Shown: positions 17,737-24,853 of the stretch, piece after piece
Layout: every line of letters begins with the position of its first letter
How positions within the stretch are numbered: position 1 is the stretch's first letter
IMG/VR virus record: IMGVR_UViG_3300022746_000019
Location: 1-64,000 of that record
Strand: one strand, 5' to 3'
Source of the DNA: a virus
DNA length: 64,000 nucleotides
Notes under the pieces: model-generated
Databases searched by the model: none
What the model was told of the DNA's origin: nothing
What the model saw: the letters and a program-made list of their open reading frames with translations, nothing else
Made by a program: the position numbers and the translations under genes

Positions 17737-17785
17737 TGTTTGTGTTGACCCACCCTCCTCATTGGGAATGTGTGTGGGAGAGAGA
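17737..17785 (+). repeat. cassette-boundary element copy 5 (degenerate)
   Basis: TGTTTGTGTTGA-CCCACCCTCCT-...-GAGAGAG. Confidence 0.85.
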
Positions 17786-17892
17786 TCGTCGATCACCGTT
17801 ACGCAACTGTAATAAATCCAGGTGGCGTGGGGCGGAGAGATAGGGCAGGATTCATCCCGTGAGCAACCGCTCACACTTAGAAGGGAAGCACC

Positions 17893-18099
17893 ATGAAAAT
17901 TTGGATTAACGTCCACAACGGGCAGACTACCTGCCCGGAACACGCAGGCAATGAGTTGTCATTCTCAATTGAGAGTGCGCCCACGGCACTGCAGCACGAG
18001 ACTTCGTTCGGTACATGGGTAGCAGCCACGCCCGAAGAGGTCCAAGACTTGGTACTCATCGCGGGCGACGCCTGCGAGACTTGCGCGTTCGGATTTTAG
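17893..18099 (+). CDS. small Cys/His protein (cassette 6)
   Basis: AGAAGGGA RBS; CPEHAG...CETC. Confidence 0.75.
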   Translation: MKIWINVHNGQTTCPEHAGNELSFSIESAPTALQHETSFGTWVAATPEEVQDLVLIAGDACETCAFGF

Positions 18100-18101
18100 C
18101 C

Positions 18102-18341
18102 ATGAAGTTTGTAGTCCGCGCCGACCAGAAGATTGAGTACAAAGAATTCGTCGTGGAGGCCGAAATCCTCTCTGCCGCCCAAGAGATTGTGTCAAATTTA
18201 ATTGACATGGACTTTGAGGTCCAGTTCTCCACCTGGACAGTGGGCATCGACGAAGCGCCGGAAACTAAGCCGTGTGATCGGTGCGGAGAGCCGGTCGATC
18301 TGACCGAGACTTACTGCGACGCGCAATGCGCTGAGGGGTAG
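18102..18341 (+). CDS. hypothetical protein with C-terminal Zn finger (cassette 6)
   Basis: CDRC...YCDAQC. Confidence 0.65.
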   Translation: MKFVVRADQKIEYKEFVVEAEILSAAQEIVSNLIDMDFEVQFSTWTVGIDEAPETKPCDRCGEPVDLTETYCDAQCAEG

Positions 18342-18380
18342 TGATACAGCCAGCCTGGTCCCCGAGAGGGGGCCGGGCCG

Positions 18381-18440
18381 GTTTGTGTTGGAGTCCCACC
18401 CACCCTGACTCTTACCTTTCAGGGATTGGTGGGAGAGAGA
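18381..18440 (+). repeat. cassette-boundary element copy 6
   Basis: GTTTGTGTT-GGAGTC[CCACCCACCCT]GACTCT-CCTTTCAGG-GAGAGAG. Confidence 0.9.
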
Positions 18441-18561
18441 TACGGCAGATCGCCCGTTATCGAACTGTAATAAATCCAGGTCGCAATTGTCGGTGGCATG
18501 CGGCATAGTTCACCTTGTGAGCAACAAGGCTCACACAAGACTCCGAAGGGGAGTGGTCGCC

Positions 18562-18960
18562 ATGATTTATGGCGAGAACCCGATTCAGGCGGGGAATCCT
18601 GAAGCCGCAGTATGCGCGGACTGCATGCAGAAAGACAGGCGGATTGCCTCGCTGGAGTCAACCGTCCAGCGCAAGGTAAACGACATGACTGCTGTCGGGA
18701 AGCGACTCTGGGCTGACACCCAGTCTTGCATCGACGAGGGTTACACCGAAGTGACCTTCACTGTCGAAGACATGCGGGCACTAGTGGATCTGCTGGGTAT
18801 CAGCACGGACATCCGCGTGCGCGTCACTGCCACCTTTGAGGCTATCCTAGATGTGCCCTACGGCACTGACCCGGACTACCTGATCGAGTCGTTCAGTGTC
18901 GACTGTGAGCATGACATGCTCCATTTCGGGTTCTCCGACGAAACTGTCGAACCCGAATAA
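18562..18960 (+). CDS. hypothetical protein (cassette 7), paralog of 17152-17550
   Basis: 132 aa; YGENPIQAGNP...CADC, ATFEA.LDVPYGT. Confidence 0.8.
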   Translation: MIYGENPIQAGNPEAAVCADCMQKDRRIASLESTVQRKVNDMTAVGKRLWADTQSCIDEGYTEVTFTVEDMRALVDLLGISTDIRVRVTATFEAILDVPYGTDPDYLIESFSVDCEHDMLHFGFSDETVEPE

Positions 18961-19029
18961 CTTCCCCCGGAAGTTCCGCACCTGGGCATGTGTTTAAACT
19001 GCCCACCACTACTAAGAAGGGATAAGACA

Positions 19030-19089
19030 ATGATTACTGATCTATACAACAGCTGGACTAACCGCGAGACATGGGCGGTTAATCTCTAG
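19030..19089 (+). pseudogene. truncated gene remnant
   Basis: strong AAGAAGGG RBS, then MITDLYNSWTNRETWAVNL-TAG; resembles the YNGWTNxETWxVxLW phage family, with TAG at the Trp position. Confidence 0.55.
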
Positions 19090-19093
19090 AACC

Positions 19094-19170
19094 TCCCGCC
19101 CAGTCTCTTCCCCTTCAGGCTGGGCGGGATCGGCCCGCCGACCTCAGCCACACTCCCCCGGTGGCTGGGG
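19094..19170 (+). ncRNA. candidate C-rich-loop twin-hairpin RNA B
   Basis: 13-bp stem (one G-U) with loop CTTCCCCTTC; CAGCCAC/GTGGCTG stem with loop ACTCCCCCG. Confidence 0.45.
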
Positions 19171-19218
19171 GACGGCACCCGGCTGGGCTGCTGTGGCAGC
19201 TCGGCCGGGCGGCCGCTT

Positions 19219-19278
19219 TGTTTGTGTCGGACGCCCACCCTCCCTCCGTCCTCTTATTAGGAATTATGGGAGAGAGAG
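19219..19278 (+). repeat. cassette-boundary element copy 7
   Basis: TGTTTGTGTC-GGACG[CCCACCCTCCCTC]CGTCC-...-GAGAGAG. Confidence 0.88.
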
Positions 19279-19449
19279 CCGTTACCTAATTGTTATGAAA
19301 GATCCTTGACCTTCCAGGCAGATCATGCTAGGGCCGGGGATTCTGACGCCGTTACCAAACTGTAATAAAAGTAGGTGGAGAGTGTCAGTGCCATGCCGTA
19401 AGTTTCTCCATGTACCGAAGCCCAGTAGGTACAAAGAAGGGAGTTCGCC

Positions 19450-19680
19450 ATGAGCGAGCAAGACTTTCTCGAATTCAGGTTCGAGGATAGCGAGTATGTA
19501 CGAACCGCTCGAGTTAGCCGCGATGTAATCCAAGGCCTGCTTATCAGCCGAATGAGCATGGACAGAATCATCAAGGCTACTGAATTGGTAGCCCGCACGG
19601 TTACCCCTGAGAATCAAGAAGAAGCGAACGCTGGCGGCTCGTGGGCGTTCATCACTGCGACACGGAAGGTGAGTGCCTGA
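19450..19680 (+). CDS. hypothetical protein (cassette 8)
   Basis: AGAAGGGAG RBS. Confidence 0.7.
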   Translation: MSEQDFLEFRFEDSEYVRTARVSRDVIQGLLISRMSMDRIIKATELVARTVTPENQEEANAGGSWAFITATRKVSA

Positions 19681-19681
19681 C

Positions 19682-20041
19682 ATGGGTAACCGTTCTGAGA
19701 TTATTGTCCAGAGCGATTCATTCGCTAGCAACCTCGTGTTCTACGGTCACTGGTCCGGGACGGACAACCTGCTCGCAGTAGCGAGAGTCCTCCAGCGTAC
19801 CGACCGCGTGGGCGACCCCTCGTACCTCGCGGCTCAGGTTTACTTCGAGTTCGCTGTGAACCTCGGACAGACTGACGGCAACCTGTCGTTCGGTATCCGC
19901 GCCTCCGATGGCACTGAGTGGGTGATGTGCGATGAACCGCCGGTCTACCTCAACGCCGACACGGGAGAGGTGGTCTACCAAGACATGACTCTGTCGAAGG
20001 ACACTCTCAAGGGTCTATTGTTAGACTCGCTCACCAAGTAA
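19682..20041 (+). CDS. conserved phage protein MGxR...YxHWxG family (cassette 8)
   Basis: MGNRSEI...FYGHWSG N-terminal pattern. Confidence 0.75.
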   Translation: MGNRSEIIVQSDSFASNLVFYGHWSGTDNLLAVARVLQRTDRVGDPSYLAAQVYFEFAVNLGQTDGNLSFGIRASDGTEWVMCDEPPVYLNADTGEVVYQDMTLSKDTLKGLLLDSLTK

Positions 20042-20095
20042 TCAACACGGGGAGGCTGGAAAGTCCAGCCTCCCCTACCTAAGAAGGGAAACGCA

Positions 20096-20575
20096 ATGCA
20101 TACTGCACACTTAATGCTAGTCCGAGCTGAGTCCCCAGAGGGAGCTCAGAACTATGTCGAATCGCGGCTCACTCACGACACCACTGTCGAACAGTGGTGG
20201 GACTGGTTCGCCATAGGCTCCGACGGTCGGTATTCACTCTCAAGCGCCATTGAGGGCTGGACCGGGGACGACTATGTCGTAGGGCTTGAAGCTACCCCTG
20301 GGCTGTTCCACCTAGCTGTGGACACTTTCTACGAATACCGCCGGCAAGCATTCGACCGGCACTCAGCTGAGCTGGAGAACAATGGCTGGATGTTCAGGCT
20401 CGACCAGGATGACATGATTACCTGGCGGCTCCGCCGGTTTGCCGACCTCTCCGCGTCTTACTATTGCGCGGAGAGCCATGTCTATGACCTGCATAATTTC
20501 TCAGCTAACTTGGATCTGTTCATTAAGGACACGGGTACTGACTGGTTCGCTGTCCTGGTGGATTTCCACTACTGA
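20096..20575 (+). CDS. hypothetical protein (cassette 8)
   Basis: AGAAGGGA RBS; WWDWFAIG...VLVDFHY family pattern. Confidence 0.75.
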   Translation: MHTAHLMLVRAESPEGAQNYVESRLTHDTTVEQWWDWFAIGSDGRYSLSSAIEGWTGDDYVVGLEATPGLFHLAVDTFYEYRRQAFDRHSAELENNGWMFRLDQDDMITWRLRRFADLSASYYCAESHVYDLHNFSANLDLFIKDTGTDWFAVLVDFHY

Positions 20576-20655
20576 CCAACCGGCAGGCGGGAGTTGCGCC
20601 CCGCCTGCCGCCTCCCCGCCCGCGATCGTGCCCGCCAGCGCGATCGCGGGCACTT

Positions 20656-20704
20656 TGTTTGTGTTGGCCCTCCCACCCCGCTTAGGGAGTTGTTGTGAGA
20701 GAGA
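20656..20704 (+). repeat. cassette-boundary element copy 8 (degenerate)
   Basis: TGTTTGTGTTGG-CCCTCCCACCCC-...-GAGAGAG. Confidence 0.85.
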
Positions 20705-20840
20705 TTTGATCTGTCCAGGGGTATTTGTTACATTTGGGTAACGGAATGATCGTTATCGAATCGTTATGGTTAATTCGTTGACACTGTCAGTGCGTGCTGT
20801 AATGTCTGCCATGCATTCAGTACCTAGAGAGAGAGATACC

Positions 20841-21533
20841 ATGAAGGCACTCAAGCGATCGACTGATTCTAAAGTGGCTAATAGCCTTACCCCCGGAGGG
20901 AAGGGCAGAATCGCCAATTCATTCGGGCTACCCTCGGGCAGGGCGTACTCATGCCCTGCAGCTACTAGTGTCTGCGAGTCAGTGTGCTACGCGGGCAAGC
21001 TGGAGAAAATTCGCCCGACCGTCCGTAATCTACTCATGCACAATTGGGATCTCCTCCGGGAGGCGGATCGACATACTATGTATGACCTACTAGTGAGCAT
21101 GCTTACGGAATTCGACGCCGAATGCGACAAATGGGACGCAGAGAAGCTGTTCCGCATTCATTGGGACGGAGACTTCTTCTCCCCGGAATATGTAGCCGCC
21201 TGGGCAGCTGCGATGGCGGAATTCCCGCAGATTCGATTCTGGGTATATACACGGGTAGACTACGCTGCTAGGATCCTCCGCCATACCCCTAATCTCTCCC
21301 TGTACTTCAGTGGAGATTCAGAGAATGCCGAAACGGCAGAGAGAATGTCCGCCTTGGGCGTCAATATCGCCATGCTAGGGAAGACTTTCGATCTGGCACG
21401 CGAGGCACTGTCTGTACGGGCGGCAAAGTGCCCCGAACAGCGCGGGCAGATTGCCCTTGCCGGTGCCTGCGTCGCATGCAAAATCTGCATCAAGGGAAAC
21501 ACAAGCATTACATTCTCGATTAGTAAGAAGTAG
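20841..21533 (+). CDS. mycobacteriophage gp88-like (radical-SAM-like) protein (cassette 9)
   Basis: FGLP...SCP..T.VC...CYA, FRIHWDGDF, FWVYTR, C-terminal C..CxxCxxC. Confidence 0.75.
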   Translation: MKALKRSTDSKVANSLTPGGKGRIANSFGLPSGRAYSCPAATSVCESVCYAGKLEKIRPTVRNLLMHNWDLLREADRHTMYDLLVSMLTEFDAECDKWDAEKLFRIHWDGDFFSPEYVAAWAAAMAEFPQIRFWVYTRVDYAARILRHTPNLSLYFSGDSENAETAERMSALGVNIAMLGKTFDLAREALSVRAAKCPEQRGQIALAGACVACKICIKGNTSITFSISKK

Positions 21534-21541
21534 GAGTAACC

Positions 21542-21757
21542 ATGAGAAGGCCCAAAGTCGCCGAAGTCAACAATTGGACTATCGTAGAGGATATGTCTAA
21601 TGAGATCGCCACTGTCTGGGAGGCGGACAATATCCCAGACTTCTTCAAACTCACCTCACCGGCTCATGCCACCAAGCTCTTCTACGGAGAAACAGCGTGG
21701 CAGGACGCCCAAAGGCTTTCCAGTGATCTATTCTTCAAGGTCAGGGTAGCCTCATGA
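21542..21757 (+). CDS. hypothetical protein (cassette 9)
   Basis: AGGAG RBS; FYGETAW. Confidence 0.7.
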   Translation: MRRPKVAEVNNWTIVEDMSNEIATVWEADNIPDFFKLTSPAHATKLFYGETAWQDAQRLSSDLFFKVRVAS

Positions 21758-21760
21758 TCT

Positions 21761-21836
21761 GAGCTCGGGGCTTTCCCCTTCTCCCCGAGCTCCGCTAGGC
21801 GGTTCAGCAGTACCTCTCTCACTGCTGGACCGCTTT
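21761..21836 (+). ncRNA. candidate C-rich-loop twin-hairpin RNA C
   Basis: 10-bp stem with loop CTTTCCCCTTCT; 13-bp stem (one G-U) with loop ACCTCTCTC, then TTT. Confidence 0.45.
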
Positions 21837-21864
21837 GGCGTGTCTGCGCCCGGGCAGCCTCGCA

Positions 21865-21917
21865 TGTTTGTGTTGGCCCACCCTCCCCGAATAGGGAGTA
21901 TGTATGTAGAGAGAGAG
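21865..21917 (+). repeat. cassette-boundary element copy 9 (degenerate)
   Basis: TGTTTGTGTTGG-CCCACCCTCCCC-...-GAGAGAGAG. Confidence 0.85.
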
Positions 21918-22331
21918 CAATCGTTACCAAACTGTGACCGGCCGGGGCTTGACACAGCTCCCCGGCCTGTGCTAGGCGGCAAAATGATCTAATTTGTCGA
22001 CAAAGCGCTTTGTGCATACAGCTATTTGTGCATAAAGAGAGAGAGAAGAGAAGAGAAGAGAGAGCCGGCTCGGCTACTGCCCCAGCAGATCGAGGCTTAA
22101 ACGCGGGCAACACCAGGCCATACGCCTATCCTCCCCGTTCCTATCAACTAGCCCCCTATGTCCTCTATCCCTATCTCTCTCTATCTATCTCTTAGGTACT
22201 AAGAAGGGAAATTCATAAAGGCGCCGATTTTTACGCGGGGGCGACCCTGTATGTATTCGTTATCAAACTGTTACCGAATAGGCGGGAGAATAATTTGCAT
22301 AATGTCAGTACGGGCGATAATAATTTGCCCC

Positions 22332-22970
22332 ATGAACATCACACCCATTCGAAATGCCATGATCACTTGCTCATGCTGCGGCGTCCGTCTTGAAACACTG
22401 GTCTGCCCAGACATCACCCTTTGCCACGAATGCATCATGGAGTGCATCGGTGACAACCTTACCCCTGCCGATGACCATAATCGTCAAGCGGCGGCTGAAC
22501 TCACCAAGGGACTAGTCCGGGTCGCTGAATGCGACTCCTTTGCCTGCGGTGGTATGGAGCAGCCTTTCTACTTCGATAATGTCGGCAGTGCTGTCTGTGC
22601 AGTCTGTGATGAATATGTGCGGATTAACACCTGCGACTGGGAAGAATGCTTCTCCAAGTGGGGTCAGGACGACGGCGACGGCAATATCTACACATGGGAA
22701 CTCATGGACTACTTCGCGTCTCAGGGCTGGCAGGCGTTTGATGGACAATGGGGTCTCCATAATACTGTCATTACATCACTGATTAACGCAGGCGACGAGA
22801 CTGTCTACTTAATCTGGTCAGGCGACGATTCTGTAAACGCCGAAGAATCGCCGCGGGACTTCCTGCCCGCCAGCATGGTCCGGGAGCTTGACAGCAAGTT
22901 CAAGCCCGACACCTATGTACCATTCCCCGTTTCATTCATGCCCACAATTCTGTTCACAGAAACCAACTAG
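22332..22970 (+). CDS. Cys-rich hypothetical protein
   Basis: follows a GTTAT-N6-GTTAC box and TTGCAT..TAATAA; possibly leaderless; start uncertain. Confidence 0.6.
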   Translation: MNITPIRNAMITCSCCGVRLETLVCPDITLCHECIMECIGDNLTPADDHNRQAAAELTKGLVRVAECDSFACGGMEQPFYFDNVGSAVCAVCDEYVRINTCDWEECFSKWGQDDGDGNIYTWELMDYFASQGWQAFDGQWGLHNTVITSLINAGDETVYLIWSGDDSVNAEESPRDFLPASMVRELDSKFKPDTYVPFPVSFMPTILFTETN

Positions 22971-22978
22971 AAGGAATC

Positions 22979-23260
22979 ATGAGTAAATCAATAGAACTCA
23001 CAGTAAACGCAATTTGCACCTACGAGGTCACCTACAGCGTCGTGCTTAACGAGGATGACGCGTTTCTCCAAGACTATTTGGAGAAGAACAACTTGGCATT
23101 CGACGAACTCGTGGACACCATGGGACTTGCCGAAGCCCAAGAACTCTGGGGAGAAGCGCGGCTTCACCCTGAAACCGGAGCCGATGTCTACGGCGATCTC
23201 GTCCCCGTGGGCGAAGAGGAAATCACGAGTTTCGAGACCGTTGTCACAGAGGAGGGGTAA
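22979..23260 (+). CDS. acidic hypothetical protein
   Basis: GAAGGA RBS. Confidence 0.7.
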   Translation: MSKSIELTVNAICTYEVTYSVVLNEDDAFLQDYLEKNNLAFDELVDTMGLAEAQELWGEARLHPETGADVYGDLVPVGEEEITSFETVVTEEG

Positions 23261-23339
23261 TGTCACTTGGAATGTTCATTGCCATAGTGCTTATCACTAA
23301 GTTTCTCTGGCTCGTATTCGACGAATATTGGAGGAAGTA

Positions 23340-23522
23340 ATGACTAACAAAGAACTGGCTGATCAAATCCGGGAGCGTTTCATGCCCGCGGCGTTTCGCT
23401 GCGGGTGTGGCGGAATGGACGCAAGTTGCAAGATGATTCTAGAAGAGAACATCGGCGGTGCGTGGCAGGTAAAAGATGTCGTTGATCGAGTTGCCGCATT
23501 TATCGAGCGGGAGGGTAAATGA
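23340..23522 (+). CDS. hypothetical protein
   Basis: GGAGG RBS before MTNKEL. Confidence 0.6.
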   Translation: MTNKELADQIRERFMPAAFRCGCGGMDASCKMILEENIGGAWQVKDVVDRVAAFIEREGK

Positions 23523-23648
23523 CCAAGACCTCCCGATTCGGCTGGTGCGGAGCCGGTCAGCACGATCTGTGTAAGCAGAGCTTCACAGACTGGAACAATT
23601 CCCCTAACCAATGCGATTGCCCGTGCCACACGGGTAAGGAGAAATAAT

Positions 23649-23852
23649 ATGGCTAACAAGCACGTGACTAACCCATGCGGAAACAGCGGTATGGCGGTAC
23701 GAGAGGAAGATCTGGAAAAAGCAGCTCTCAACCATAAGGGAATCCTTAAGGGACATTGCTGGCTGTGCAACCAGAGCAAAGTAACTATTAACAAAAAAAC
23801 CGGTCTGTACCGCAAGCACCCAACCCCCAGCACAAACAACGAGCGGTCATGA
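23649..23852 (+). CDS. hypothetical protein
   Basis: AAGGAG RBS. Confidence 0.6.
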   Translation: MANKHVTNPCGNSGMAVREEDLEKAALNHKGILKGHCWLCNQSKVTINKKTGLYRKHPTPSTNNERS

Positions 23853-24040
23853 ACCGAGCAAGCCGATATTGGTACAGGCTTAAAGATGCAGAATCTGCCA
23901 TCCAGCGGGTGCGTGACCTGCATAAGGAAGTTAATGGCCCGTTTGATGATTTCATGTGTGACCATTGCTATGTAGACGAGAATCGTTACTATGGCTGGCC
24001 ATGCCCGACTCTCCTCGCATTGGACGGTGAGCGGGGATGA
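23849..24040 (+). CDS. RVRxLH/CxxC/WPCxT Zn-binding family protein
   Basis: AIQRVRDLH...CDHC...WPCPTLLALDGE. Confidence 0.7.
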   Translation: MNRASRYWYRLKDAESAIQRVRDLHKEVNGPFDDFMCDHCYVDENRYYGWPCPTLLALDGERG

Positions 24041-24252
24041 ACGGCAGTTTTATGGAATGGCTATGCAAACATGATGTAGTAATTATGAAAGATAATTACG
24101 ATAGAACTAGGACATATCATGTTTGTCCAAAGTGTTTGGATTGTGGTAGCGCTTTTGCTGAAAGAATTAGCAAAGCATTAAACGGGGAAAACGTACCAAT
24201 GAACGACGACAGTGTGACAGTTTCCCAAGTTATGGACGGTGAGCAGGGATGA
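24037..24252 (+). CDS. hypothetical protein
   Basis: ATGA-coupled. Confidence 0.6.
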   Translation: MNGSFMEWLCKHDVVIMKDNYDRTRTYHVCPKCLDCGSAFAERISKALNGENVPMNDDSVTVSQVMDGEQG

Positions 24253-24479
24253 AAATTCCAACCAACATCAAAATTGAAGACATGACCCAAAAGGATCTTG
24301 ACGCAGTGGTTGCCGCCTACAACCGGCTAGACGCTAGTTTTACATTTGGACATAAATTTTGCTTTAGCATAATTCAGAAAGGGCTGGGAGTGGATAGCAC
24401 CGACATCCGCTTCCACGACAGAATGTTGGCGCATGAAATCATGCGGGCGTTTGACCCTATCATTGAGGATGAACAATAG
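24249..24479 (+). CDS. hypothetical protein
   Basis: ATGA-coupled. Confidence 0.6.
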   Translation: MKIPTNIKIEDMTQKDLDAVVAAYNRLDASFTFGHKFCFSIIQKGLGVDSTDIRFHDRMLAHEIMRAFDPIIEDEQ

Positions 24480-24820
24480 TGAAAATTGAAGAAAATGTAG
24501 TCTTTGACAAAGACGGTAACTCAATCACGCTTGAGGAATGGGTGACGCTCTTCCGGTATGAGAACTACTTTAAGCTCGTTAATTATGGCGAGGACGGCTA
24601 CAAGGTTGTCACCAAGTGGACCGGCGTAGATACCGCTCCCCTTGAAAAGTCTGGCAGCAACTCATTCGCCTACAGTCGCTGGACACCCAACGAAACCCCG
24701 CTGATCAACATCTCATTCGTGTTCAACCAAGACGATGTGCTGCTGGAGTACGACAAGTACCCGGACTCAGCATCGGCTCGTGCGGGTCACGAACGACTCT
24801 GCAATATCTATTGCAAATGA
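24479..24820 (+). CDS. hypothetical protein
   Basis: coupled ORF ending at the terminator. Confidence 0.65.
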   Translation: MKIEENVVFDKDGNSITLEEWVTLFRYENYFKLVNYGEDGYKVVTKWTGVDTAPLEKSGSNSFAYSRWTPNETPLINISFVFNQDDVLLEYDKYPDSASARAGHERLCNIYCK

Positions 24821-24853
24821 AAAACGCCCCCCGTATTTGGGGGGCGTTTCTTT
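24820..24853. terminator. bidirectional terminator
   Basis: AAAAACGCCCCCC-GTATTT-GGGGGGCGTTTCTTT between convergent blocks. Confidence 0.85.

Noticed and set aside
15580-20720. GATC/GGATCC enrichment near the boundary elements as a methylation switch
   Set aside because: Present in only some copies and GATC also occurs elsewhere; enrichment could not be quantified by eye.
15009-21917. Repeat array as CRISPR
   Set aside because: Repeats are degenerate and separated by 0.6-1.4 kb of protein-coding DNA; no cas1/cas2. The Cas4-like gene sits in the recombination operon, as is usual for phages.
15009-21917. Repeat array as a classical integron
   Set aside because: No tyrosine recombinase in the window, no attC RYYYAAC...GTTRRRY inverted core pair, and the cassettes carry their own promoters.
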